This document shows positions 11,161-25,300 of a stretch of 64,000 nucleotides of DNA, one piece after another. Origin of the DNA: Eledone cirrhosa (Eukaryota); assembly GCA_964016885.1 (NCBI GenBank), contig OZ024742.1, positions 4,774,001 to 4,838,000 of the forward strand, in the 5' to 3' direction. The first letter of the stretch is position 1. Every line of letters starts with the position of its first letter. Below the pieces are notes generated by a model. The model was not told the origin of the DNA, searched no databases, and saw nothing but the letters and a program-made list of their open reading frames with translations. A program made the translations under genes and the position numbers.

Positions 11161-13929
11161 GTATGATATCTCTGTAGTTAGACAACATATAGTAATGTGC
11201 TATAGTGGTTTGATATCTCCGTAGTTAGACAACATATAGTAAAGAGCTATAGTGGCCTGATATCTCTGTAGTTAGACTACATATAGTAATGTGCTATAGT
11301 GGTCTGATATCTCTGTAGTTAGACAACATATAGTAATGTGCTATAGTGGTCTGATTTCTTTGTAGTTAGACAACATATAGTAATGTGCTATAGTGGCCTG
11401 ATATCTCTGTAGTTAGACTACATATAGTAATGTGCTATAGTGGTCTGACTTCTCTGTAGTTAGACTACATATAGTAATGTGCTATAGTGGTTTGATATTT
11501 CTGTAGTTAGACAACATATAGTAATGTGCTATAATTGCCTGATATCTCTGCAATTAGACAACATATAGTAATGTGCTATAGTGGTCTGTTATTTCTCTGT
11601 AGTTAGACAAAATATAGAAATGTGCTATAGTGGTCTGATATCTCTCTAGTTAGACTACATATAGTATTACGCTATAGTGGTTTGATATCTCTGTAGTTAG
11701 ACAACATATAGTAATGTGCTATAGTGGTTTGATATCTCTGTAGTTAGACTACATATAGTAATGTGCTATAGTGGTATGATATCTCTGTAGTTAGACAACA
11801 TATAGTAATGTGCTATAGTGGTTTGATATCTCTGTAGTTAGACAACATATAGTAATGTGCTGTAGTGGCCTGATATCTATGTAGTTAGACTACATATAGT
11901 AATGTGCTATAGTGGTCTGATAGCTCTGTAGTTAGACAACATATAGTAATGTGCTATAGTGGTCTGATTTCTCTGTAGTTAGACAACATATAGCAATGTG
12001 GTATAGTGGCCTGATATCTCTGTAGTTAGACTACATACAGTAATGTGCTATAGTGGTCTGATTTCTCTGTAGTTAGACAACATATAGTAATGTGCTATAG
12101 TGGCCTGATATGTCTGTAGTTAGACTACATATAGTAATGTGCTATAGTGGTCTGATATCTCTGTAGTTAGACAACATACAGTAATGTGCTATAGTGGTCT
12201 GATTTCTCTGTAGTTAGACAACATATAGTATTGTGCTATAGTGGCCTGATATGTCTGTAGTTAGAATACATATAGTAATGTGCTATAGTGGTCTGATATC
12301 TCTGTAGTTAGACAACATATAGTAATGTGCTATAGTGGTTTGATATCTCTGTAGTTAGACAACATATAGTAATGTGCTATAGTGGCCTGATATCTCTGTA
12401 GTTAGACTACATATAGTAATGTGCTATAGTGGTCTGATATGTCTGTAGTTAGACAACATATAGTAATGTGCTATAGTTGTTTGATATTTCTATAGTTAGA
12501 CTACATATAGTAATGTGCTATAGTGGTTTGATATCTCTGTAGTTAGACTACATATAGTAATGTGCTATAGTGGTATGATATCTCTGTAGTTAGACTACAT
12601 ATAGTAATGTGCTATAGTGATTTGATATCTCTGTAGTTAGACTACATATAGTAATGTGCTATAGTGGTATGATATCTCTGTAATTAGACTACATGTAGTA
12701 ATATGCTATAGTGGTTTGATATCTCTGTAGTTAGACTACATGTTGTAATGTGCTAGAGTGGTTTGATATCTCTCTAGTTAGACTACATATAGTAATGTGG
12801 TATAGTGGCCTGATATCTCTGTAGTTAGACTACATATAGTAATCTGCTATAGTGGTCTGATATCTCTGTAGTTAGACTACAGATAATAATGTGCTAGAGT
12901 GGTTTGATATCTCTGTAGTTAGACAACATATAGTAATGTGCTATAGTAGTATGATATCTCTGTAGTTAGACTACATATAGTAATGTGCTATAGTGGTTTG
13001 ATATCTCTCTGGTTAGACTACATATCCTAATGTGCTATAGTGGTCTGATATCTCTGTAGTTAGACAACATATAGTAATGTATTATAGTGGTCTGATATCT
13101 CTGTAGTTAGACAACATATAGTAACGTGCTATAGTGGCCTGATATCTCTGTAGTTAGACTACATATAGTAACGTGCTATAGTGGTTTGATATCTCTGTAG
13201 TTAGACTACATATAGTAATGTGCTCTAGTGGTATGATATCTCTGTAGTTAGACTACATATAGTAATGTGCTATAGTGGTTTGATATCTCTGTAGTTAGAC
13301 TACATATAGTAATGTACTATAGTGGTATGATATCTCAGTAGTTAGACTACATATAGTAATGTGCTATAGTGGTTTGATATCTCTGTAGTTAGACTACATA
13401 TAGTAATGTGCTAGAGTGGTTTGATATCTCTGTAGTTAGACAACATATAGTAATGTGCTATAGTGGTCTGATATCTCTGTAGTTAGCCTACATATAATAA
13501 TGTGCTATAGTGGTTTGATATCTCTCTGGTTAGACTACATATCCTAATGTGCTATAGTGGTCTGATATCTCTGTAGTTAGACAACATATAGCAATGTGGT
13601 ATAGTGGCCTGATATCTCTGTAGTTAGACTACATACAGTAATGTGCTATAGTGGTCTGATTTCTCTGTAGTTAGACAACATATAGTAATGTGCTATAGTG
13701 GCCTGATATGTCTGTAGTTAGACTACATATAGTAATGTGCTATAGTGGTCTGATATCTCTGTAGTTAGACAACATATAGTAATGTGCTATAGTGGTTTGA
13801 TATCTCTGTAGTTAGACAACATATAGTAATGTGCTATAGTGGCCTGATATCTCTGTAGTTAGACTACATATAGTAATGTGCTATAGTGGTCTGATATCTC
13901 TGTAGTTAGACAACATATAGTAATGTGCT

Positions 13930-16900
13930 ATAGTGGTATGATATCTCTGTAGTTAGACTACATATAATGATGTGCTAGAGTGGTTTGCTATCTCTGTAGT
14001 TAGAAAACATAAAGTAATGTGCTATAGTGGTTTGATATCTCTCTGGTTAGACTACTTATCCTAAGGTGCAATAGTGGTCTGATATCTCTGTAGTTAGACA
14101 ACATATAGTAATGTGCTATAGTGGTCTGATATCTCTGTAGTTAGACAACATATAGTAATGTGCTATAGTGGCCTGATATCTCAGTAGTTAGACTACATAT
14201 AGTAATGTGCTATAGTTGTTTGATATCTCTGTAGTTAGACTAAATATAGTAATGTGCTATAGTGGTCTGATATCTCTGTAGTTAGACAACATATAGTAAT
14301 GTGCTATAGTGGCCTGATACCTCTGTAGTTAGACAACATATAGTAATGTGCTATAGTTGTTTGATATCTCTGTAGTTAGACTACATATAGTAATGAGGTA
14401 TAGTGGTTTGATATCTCTGTAGTTAGACTACATATAGTAATGTGCTATAGTGGTATGATATCTCTGTAGTTAGACAACATATAGTAATGTGCTATAGTGG
14501 TTTGATATCTCTGTAGTTAGACAGCATATAGTAAAGTGTTATAGTGGCCTGATATCTCTGTAGTTAGACTACATATAGTAATGTGCTATAGTGGTCTGAT
14601 ATCTCTGTAGTTAGACAACATATAGTAATGTGCTATAGTGGTCTGATTTCTTTGTAGTTAGACAACATATAGTAATGTGCTATAGTGGCCTGATATCTCT
14701 GTAGTTAGACTACATATAGTAATGTGCTATAGTGGTCTGACTTCTCTGTAGTTAGACTACATATAGTAATGTGCTATAGTGGCCTGATATCTCTCTAGTT
14801 AGACTACATATAGTAATGTGCTATAGTGGCCTGATATCTCTGTAGTTAGACAACATATAGTAATGTGCTATAGTGGTTTGATATTTCTGTAGTTAGACAA
14901 CATATAGTAATGTGCTATAGTGGCCTGATATGTCTGTAGTTAGACTACATATAGTAATGTGCTATAGTGGTCTGATATCTCTGTAGTTAGACTACATATA
15001 GTAATACGCTATAGTGGTTTGATATCTCTGTAGTTAGACTACATATAGTAGTGTGCTATAGTGGTCTGATATCTCTGTAGTTAGACAACATATAGTAATG
15101 TGCTATAGTGGTCTGATATCTCTCTAGTTAGACTACATATAGTAATACGCTATAGTGGTTTGATATCTCTGTAGTTAGACTACATATAGTAGTGTGCTAT
15201 AGTGGTCTGATAGCTCTGTAGTTAGACAACATATAGTAATGTGCTATAGTGGTCTGATTTCTCTGTAGTTAGACAACATATAGCAATGTGGTATAGTGGC
15301 CTGATATCTCTGTAGTTAGACTACATACAGTAATGTGCTATAGTGGTCTGATTTCTCTGTAGTTAGACAACATATAGTAATGTGCTATAGTGGCCTGATA
15401 TGTCTGTAGTTAGACTACATATAGTAATGTGCTATAGTGGTCTGATATCTCTGTAGTTAGACAACATATAGTAATGTGCTATAGTGGTTTGATATCTCTG
15501 TAGTTAGACAACATATAGTAATGTGCTATAGTGGCCTGATATCTCTGTAGTTAGACTACATATAGTAATGTGCTATAGTGGTCTGATATCTCTGTAGTTA
15601 GACAACATATAGTAATGTGCTATAGTTGTTTGATATTTCTATAGTTAGACTACATATAGTAATGTGCTATATTGGTTTGATATCTCTGTAGTTAGACTAC
15701 ATATAGTAATGTGCTATAGTGGTTTGATATCTCTGTAGTTAGACTACATATAGTAATGTGCTATAGTGGTATGATATCTCTGAGGTTAGACTACATATAG
15801 TAATGTGCTATAGTGGTTTGATATCTCTGTAGTTAGACTACATATAGTAATGTGCTATAGTGGTATGATATCTCTGTAGTTAGACTACATATAGTAATGT
15901 GCTATAGTGGTTTGATATCTCTGTAGTTAGACTACATGTTGTAATGTGCTAGAGTGGTTTGATATCTCTCTAGTTAGACTACATATAGTAATGTGCTATA
16001 GTGGCCTGATATCTCTGTAGTTAGACTACATATAGTAATCTGCTATATTGGTCTGATATCTCTGTTGTTAGACAACATATAGTGACGTGCTATAGTGGCC
16101 TGATATCTCTGTAGTTAGACTACATATAGTAATGTGCTATAGTGGTTTGATATCTCTGTAGTTAGACTACATATAGTAATGTGCTATAGTCGTATGATAT
16201 CTATGTAGTTAGACTACATATAGTAATGTGCTATAGTGGTTTGATATCTCTGTAGTTAGACTACATATAGTAATGTGCTATAGTGGTATGATATCGCTGT
16301 AGTTAGACTACATATAGTAATGTGCTATAGTGGTTTGATATTTCTGTAGTAAGACTACATATAGTAATGTGCTAGAGTGGTTTGATATCTCTGTAGTTAG
16401 ACAACATATAGTAATGTGCTATAGTGGTCTGATATCTCTGTAGTTAGACTACATATAATGATGTGCTAGAGTGTTTTGATATCTCTGTAGTTAGAAAACA
16501 TAAAGTAATGTGCTATAGTGGTTTGATATCTCTCTGGTTAGACTGCATATGCTAATGTGCTATAGTGGTCTGATATCTCTGTAGTTAGACAACATATAGT
16601 AATGTGCTATAGTGGTCTGATATCTCTGTAGTTAGACAACATATATTAATGTGCAATAGTGGCCTGATATCTCAGTAGTTAGACTACATATAGTAATGTG
16701 CTATAGTTGTTTGATATCTCTATAGTTATACTACATATAGTAATGTGCTATAGTGGTCTGATATCTCTGTAGTTAGACAACATATAGTAATGTGCTATAG
16801 TGGCCTTATATCTTTGTAGTTAGACAACATATAGTAATGTGCTATAGTTGTTTGATATCACTGTAGTTAGACTACATATAGTAATGTGCTATAGTGGTCT

Positions 16901-17390
16901 GATATCTCTGTAGTTACACAACATATAGTAATGTGCTATAGTGGCCTGATAACTCTGTAGTTAGACAACATATAGTAATGTGCTATAGTTGTTTGATATC
17001 ACTGTAGTTAGACTACAAATAGTAATGTGCTATAGTGGTTTGATATCTCTGTAGTTAGACTACATATAGTAATGTGCTATAGTGGTTTGATATCTCTGTA
17101 GTTAGACTACATATAATAATGTGCTATACTGGTATGATATCTCTGTAGTTAGACAACATATAATAATGTGCTATAGTGGTTTGATATCTCTGTAGTTAGA
17201 CAACATATAGTAATGTGCTATAGTGGCCTGATATCTCTGCAATTAGACAACATATAATAATATGCTATAGTGGTCTGTTATTTCTCTGTAGTTAGACAAA
17301 ATATAGAAATGTGCTATAGTGGTCTGATATCTCTCTAGTTAGTCTACATATAGTAATGTGCTATAGTGGTCTGATATCTCTGTAGTTAGA
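13930..17390. repeat. Distant near-copy (~3.45 kb) of ~2690-6150
   Basis: Marker pairs and offsets: 2822/14061 (11239), 3201/14394 (11193, after loss of the 46-bp monomer), 4541/15781 and 6037/17277 (11240). Confidence 0.85.
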
Positions 17391-19870
17391 CTACATATAA
17401 TGATGTGCTAGAGTGGTTTGATATCTCTGTAGTTAGAAAACATAAAGTAATGTGCTATAGTGGTTTGATATCTCTCTGGTTAGACTACGTATCCTAATGT
17501 GCTATAGTGGTCTGATATCTCTGTAGTTAGACAACATATAGTAATGTGCTATAGTGGTCTGATATCTCTGTAGTTAGACAACATATAGTAATGTACTATA
17601 GTGGCCTGATATCTCAGTAGTTAGACTACATATAGTAATGTGCTATAGTTGTTTGATATCTCTGTAGTTAGACAACATATAGTAATGTGCTATAGTGGTT
17701 TGATATCTCTGTAGTTAGACAACATATAGTAATGTGCTATAGTGGCCTGATATCTCTGTAGTTAGACTACATATAGTAATGTGCTATAGTGGTCTGATAT
17801 CTCTGTAGTTAGACAACATATAGTAATGTGCTATAGTTGTTTGATATTTCTATAGTTAGACTACATATAGTAATGTGCTATATTGGTTTGATATCTCTGT
17901 AGTTAGACTACATATAGTAATGTGCTATAGTGGTTTGATATCTCTGTAGTTAGACTACATATAGTAATGTGCTATAGTGGTATGATATCTCTGAGGTTAG
18001 ACTACATATAGTAATGTGCTATAGTGGTTTGATATCTCTGTAGTTAGACTACATATAGTAATGTGCTATAGTGGTATGATATCTCTGTAGTTAGACTACA
18101 TATAGTAATGTGCTATAGTGGTTTGATATCTCTGTAGTTAGACTACATGTTGTAATGTGCTAGAGTGGTTTGATATCTCTCTAGTTAGACTACATATAGT
18201 AATGTGCTATAGTGGCCTGATATCTCTGTAGTTAGACTACATATAGTAATCTGCTATATTGGTCTGATATCTCTGTTGTTAGACAACATATAGTGACGTG
18301 CTATAGTGGCCTGATATCTCTGTAGTTAGACTACATATAGTAATGTGCTATAGTGGTTTGATATCTCTGTAGTTAGACTACATATAGTAATGTGCTATAG
18401 TCGTATGATATCTATGTAGTTAGACTACATATAGTAATGTGCTATAGTGGTTTGATATCTCTGTAGTTAGACTACATATAGTAATGTGCTATAGTGGTAT
18501 GATATCGCTGTAGTTAGACTACATATAGTAATGTGCTATAGTGGTTTGATATTTCTGTAGTAAGACTACATATAGTAATGTGCTAGAGTGGTTCGATATC
18601 TCTGTAGTTAGACAACATATAGTAATGTGCTATAGTGGTCTGATATCTCTGTAGTTAGACTACATATAATGATGTGCTAGAGTGTTTTGATATCTCTGTA
18701 GTTAGAAAACATAAAGTAATGTGCTATAGTGGTTTGATATCTCTCTGGTTAGACTGCATATGCTAATGTGCTATAGTGGTCTGATATCTCTGTAGTTAGA
18801 CAACATATAGTAATGTGCTATAGTGGTCTGATATCTCTGTAGTTAGACAACATATATTAATGTGCAATAGTGGCCTGATATCTCAGTAGTTAGACTACAT
18901 ATAGTAATGTGCTATAGTTGTTTGATATCTCTATAGTTATACTACATATAGTAATGTGCTATAGTGGTCTGATATCTCTGTAGTTAGACAACATATAAAA
19001 TGTGCTATAGTGGCCTTATATCTTTGTAGTTAGACAACATATAGTAATGTGCTATAGTTGTTTGATATCACTGTAGTTAGACTACATATAGTAATGTGCT
19101 ATAGTGGTCTGATATCTCTGTAGTTACACAACATATAGTAATGTGCTATAGTGGCCTGATAACTCTGTAGTTAGACAACATATAGTAATGTGCTATAGTT
19201 GTTTGATATCACTGTAGTTAGACTACAAATAGTAATGTGCTATAGTGGTTTGATATCTCTGTAGTTAGACTACATATAGTAATGTGCTATAGTGGTTTGA
19301 TATCTCTGTAGTTAGACTACATATAATAATGTGCTATACTGGTATGATATCTCTGTAGTTAGACAACATATAATAATGTGCTATAGTGGTTTGATATCTC
19401 TGTAGTTAGACAACATATAGTAATGTGCTATAGTGGCCTGATATCTCTGCAATTAGACAACATATAATAATATGCTATAGTGGTCTGTTATTTCTCTGTA
19501 GTTAGACAAAATATAGAAATGTGCTATAGTGGTCTGATATCTCTCTAGTTAGTCTACATATAGTAATGTGCTATAGTGGTCTGATATCTCTGTAGTTAGA
19601 CTACATATAATGATGTGCTAGAGTGGTTTGATATCTCTGTAGTTAGAAAACATAAAGTAATGTGCTATAGTGGTTTGATATCTCTCTGGTTAGACTACGT
19701 ATCCTAATGTGCTATAGTGGTCTGATATCTCTGTAGTTAGACAACATATAGTAATGTGCTATAGTGGTCTGATATCTCTGTAGTTAGACAACATATAGTA
19801 ATGTACTATAGTGGCCTGATATCTCAGTAGTTAGACTACATATAGTAATGTGCTATAGTTGTTGATATCT
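15450..19870. repeat. Tandem higher-order duplication, 47 monomers (~2.21 kb), 2 copies
   Basis: TGAGGTTAG at 15781/17992 (offset 2211) and the 49-bp variant at 17277/19487 (offset 2210). The shared variants GACTACGTATCC and ATGTACTATA occur in both copies. Confidence 0.9.
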
Positions 19871-22349
19871 CTGTAGTTAGACTAAATATAGTAATGTGCT
19901 ATAGTGGTCTGATATCTCTGTAGTTAGACAACATATAGTAATGTGCTATAGTGGCCTGATATCTCTGTAGTTAGACAACATATAGTAATGTGCTATAGTT
20001 GTTTGATATCTCTGTAGTTAGACTACATATAGTAATATGCTATAGTGCTTGATATCTCTGTAGTTAGACTACATATAGTAATGAGGTATAGTGGTTTGAT
20101 ATCTCTGTAGTTAGACTACATATAGTAATGTGCTATAGTGGTATGATATCTCTGTAGTTAGACAACATATAGTAATGTGCTATAGTGGTTTGATATCTCT
20201 GTAGTTAGACAACATATAGTAAAGTGCTATAGTGGCCTGATATCTCTGTAGTTAGACTACATATAGTAAAGTGCTATAGTGGCCTGATATCTCTGTAGTT
20301 AGACAACATATAGTAATGTGCTATAGTGGTTTGATATTTCTGTAGTTAGACAACATATAGTAATGTGCTATAATTGCCTGATATCTCTGCAATTAGACAA
20401 CATATAGTAATGTGCTATAGTGGTCTGTTATTTCTCTGTAGTTAGACAAAATATAGAAATGTGCTATAGTGGTCTGATATCTCTCTAGTTAGACTACATA
20501 TAGTAATACGCTATAGTGGTTTGATATCTCTGTAGTTAGACAACATATAGTAATGTGCTATAGTGGTTTGATATCTCTGTAGTTAGACTACATATAGTAA
20601 TGTGCTATAGTGGTATGATATCTCTGTAGTTAGACAACATATAGTAATGTGCTTTAGTGGTTTGATATCTCTGTAGTTAGACAACATATAGTAATGTGCT
20701 ATAGTGGCCTGATATCTCTGTAGTTAGACTACATATAGTAATGTGCTATAGTGGTCTGATAGCTCTGTAGTTAGACAACATATAGTAATGTGCTATAGTG
20801 GTCTGATTTCTCTGTAGTTAGACAACATATAGCAATGTGGTATAGTGGCCTGATATCTCTGTAGTTAGACTACATACAGTAATGTGCTATAGTGGTCTGA
20901 TTTCTCTGTAGTTAGACAACATATAGTAATGTGCTATAGTGGCCTGATATGTCTGTAGTTAGACTACATATAGTAATGTGCTATAGTGGTCTGATATCTC
21001 TGTAGTTGGACAACATATAGTAATGTGCTATAGTGGTTTGATATCTCTGTAGTTAGACAACATATAGTAATGTGCTATAGTGGCCTGATATCTCTGTAGT
21101 TAGACTACATATAGTAATGTGCTATAATGGTCTGATATCTCTGTAGTTAGACAACATATTGTAATGTGCTATAGTTGTTTGATATTTCTATAGTTAGACT
21201 ACATATAGTAATGTGCTATAGTAGTTTGATATCTCTGCAGTTAGACTACATATAGTAATGTGCTATAGTGGTTTGATATCTCTGTAGTTAGACTACATAT
21301 AGTAATGTGCTATAGTGGTATGATATCTCTGTAGTTAGACTACATATAATAATGTGCTATAGTGGTTTGATATCTCTGTAGTTAGACTACATATAGTAAT
21401 CTGCTATAGTGGTCTGATATCTCTGTAGTTAGACTACAGATAATAATGTGCTAGAGTGGTTTGATATCTCTGTAGTTAGACAACATATAGTAATGTGCTA
21501 TAGTGGTATGATATCTCTGTAGTTAGACTACATATAGTAATGTGCTATAGTGGTTTGATATCTCTCTGGTTAGACTACATATCCTAATGTGCTATAGTGG
21601 TCTGATATCTCTGTAGTTAGACTACATATAGTAATGTGCTCTAGTGGTATGATATCTCTGTAGTTAGACTACATATAGTAATGTGCTATAGTGGTTTGAT
21701 ATCTCTGTAGTTAGACTACATATAGTAATGTGCTATAGTGGTATGATATCTCAGTAGTTAGACTACATATAGTAATGTGCTATAGTGGTTTGATATCTCT
21801 GTAGTTAGACTACATATAGTAATGTGCTAGAGTGGTTTGATATCTCTGTAGTTAGACAACATATATTAATGTGCTATAGTGGTCTGATATCTCTGTAGTT
21901 AGCCTACATATAATAATGTGCTAGAGTGGTTTGATATCTCTGTATTTAGAAAACATATAGTAATGTGCTATAGTGGTTTGATATCTCTCTGGTTAGACTA
22001 CATATCCTAATGTGCTATAGTGGTCTGATATCTCTGTAGTTAGACAACATATAGCAATGTGGTATAGTGGCCTGATATCTCTGTAGTTAGACTACATACA
22101 GTAATGTGCTATAGTGGTCTGATTTCTCTGTAGTTAGACAACATATAGTAATGTGCTATAGTGGCCTGATATGTCTGTAGTTAGACAACATATAGTAATG
22201 TGCTATAGTGGTTTGATATCTCTGTAGTTAGACAACATATAGTAATGTGCTATAGTGGCCTGATATCTCTGTAGTTAGACTACATATAGTAATGTGCTAT
22301 AGTGGTCTGATATCTCTGTAGTTAGACAACATATAGTAACGTGCTATAG

Positions 22350-25300
22350 TGGTTTGATATTTCTATAGTTAGACTACATATAGTAATGTGCTATAGTGGT
22401 TTGATATCTCTGTAGTTAGACTACATATAGTAATGTGCTATAGTGGTTTGATATCTCTGTAGTTAGACTACATATAGTAATGTGCTATAGTGGTATGATA
22501 TCTCTGTAGTTAGACTACATATAGTAATGTGCTATAGTGGTTTGATATCTCTGAAGTTAGACTACATATAGTAATGTGCTATAGTGGTATGATATCTCTG
22601 TAGTTAGACAACATGTAGTAATGTGCTATAGTGGTTTGATATCTCTGTAGTTAGACTACATGTTGTAATGTGCTAGAGTGGTTTGATATCTCTCTAGTTA
22701 GACTACATATAGTAATGTGCTATAGTGGCCTGATATCTCTGTAGTTAGACTACATATAGTAATCTGCTATAGTGGTCTGATATCTCTGTAGTTAGACTAC
22801 AGATAATAATGTGCTAGAGTGGTTTGATATCTCTGTAGTTAGACAACATATAGTAATGTGCTATAGTGGTATGATATCTCTGTAGTTAGGCTACATATAG
22901 TAATGTGCTATAGTGGTTTGATATCTCTCTGGTTAGACTACATATCCTAATGTGCTATAGTGGTCTGATATCTCTGTAGTTAGACAACATATAGTAATGT
23001 GCTATAGTGGTCTGATATCTCTGTAGTTAGACAACATATAGTAACGTGCTATAGTGGCCTGATATCTCTGTAGTTAGACTACATATAGTAACGTGCTATA
23101 GTGGTTTGATATCTCTGTAGTTAGACTACATATAGTAATGTGCTCTAGTGGTATGATATCTCTGTAGTTAGACTACATATAGTAATGTGCTATAGTGGTT
23201 TGATATCTCTGTAGTTAGACTACATATAGTAATGTGCTATATTGGTATGATATCTCAGTAGTTAGACTACATATAGTAATGTGCTATAGTGGTTTGATAT
23301 CTCTGTAGTTAGACTACATATAGTAATGTGCTAGAGTGGTTTGATATCTCTGTAGTTAGACAACATATAGTAATGTGCTATAGTGGTCTGATATCTCTGT
23401 AGTTAGCCTACATATAATAATGTGCTAGAGTTGTTTGATATCTCTGTATTTAGAAAACATAAAGTAATGTGCTATAGTGGTTTGATATCTCTCTGGTTAG
23501 ACTACATATCCTAATGTGCTATAGTGGTCTGATATCTCTGTAGTTAGACAACATATAGTAATGTGCTATAGTGGTCTGATATCTCTGTAGTTAGACAACA
23601 TATAGTAACGTGCTATAGTGGCCTGATATCTCTGTAGTTAGACTACATATAGTAATGTGCTATAGTGGTTTGATATCTCTGTAGTTAGACTACATATAGT
23701 AATGTGCTATAGTCGTATGATATCCCTGTAGTTAGACTACATAGAGTAATGTGCTATAGTGGTTTGATATCTCTGTAGTTAGACTACATATAGTAATGTG
23801 CTATAGTGGTCTGATATCTCTGTAGTTAGACAACATATAGTAATGTGCTATAGTGGTCTGATATCTCAGTAGTTAGACTACATATAGTAATGTGCTATAG
23901 TTGTTTGATATCTCTAGAGTTAGACTACATATATTAATGTGCTATAGTGGTCTGATATCTCTGTAGTTAGACAACATATAGTAATGTGCTATAGTGGCCT
24001 TATATCTTTGTAGTTAGACAACATATAGTAATGTGCTATAGTTGTTTGATATCACTGTAGTTAGACTACATATAGTAATGTGCTATAGTGGTCTGATATC
24101 TCTGTAGTTAGACAACATATAGTAATGTGCTATAGTGGCCTGATAACTCTGTAGTTAGACTACATATAGTAATGTGCTATAGTGGTATGATATCTCTGTA
24201 GTTAGACAACATATAGTAATGTGCTATAGTGGTTTGATATCTCTGTAGTTAGACAACATATAGTAATGTGCTATAGTGGCCTGATATCTCTGTAGTTAGA
24301 CTACATATAGTAATGTGCTATAGTGGTCTGATAGCTCTGTAGTTAGACAACATATAGTAATGTGCTATAGTGGTCTGATTTCTCTGTAGTTAGACAACAT
24401 ATAGCAATGTGGTATAGTGGCCTGATATCTCTGTAGTTAGACTACATACAGTAATGTGCTATAGTGGTCTGATTTCTCTGTAGTTAGACAACATATAGTA
24501 ATGTGCTATAGTGGCCTGATATGTCTGTAGTTAGACTACATATAATAATGTGCTATAGTGGTCTGATATCTCTGTAGTTAGACAACATATAGTAATATGC
24601 TATAGTTGTTTGATATTTCTATAGTTAGACTACATATAGTAATGTGCTATAGTGGTTTGATATCTCTGTAGTTAGACTACATATAGTAATGTGCTATAGT
24701 GGTTTGATATCTCTGTAGTTAGACTACATATAGTAATGTGCTATAGTGGTATGATATCTCTGTAGTTAGACTACATATAGTAATGTGCTATAGTGGTTTG
24801 ATATCTCTGTAGTTAGACTACATATATTAATGTGCTATAGTGGTATGATATCTCTGTAGTTAGACTACATGTAGTAATGTGCTATAGTGGTTTGATATCT
24901 CTGTAGTTAGACTACATGTTGTAATGTGCTAGAGTGGTTTGATATCTCTCTAGTTAGACTACATATAGTAATGTGCTATAGTGGCCTGATATCTCTGTAG
25001 TTAGACTACATATAGTAATCTGCTATAGTGGTCTGATATCTCTGTAGTTAGACTACAGATAATAATGTGCTAGAGTGGTTTGATATCTCTGTAGTTAGAC
25101 AACATATAGTAATGTGCTATAGTGGTATGATATCTCTGTAGTTAGACTACATATAGTAATGTGCTATAGTGGTTTGATATCTCTGTGGTTAGACTACATA
25201 TCCTAATGTGCTATAGTGGTCTGATATCTCTGTAGTTAGACAACATATAGTAATGTGCTATAGTGGTCTGATATCTCTGTAGTTAGACAACATATAGTAA

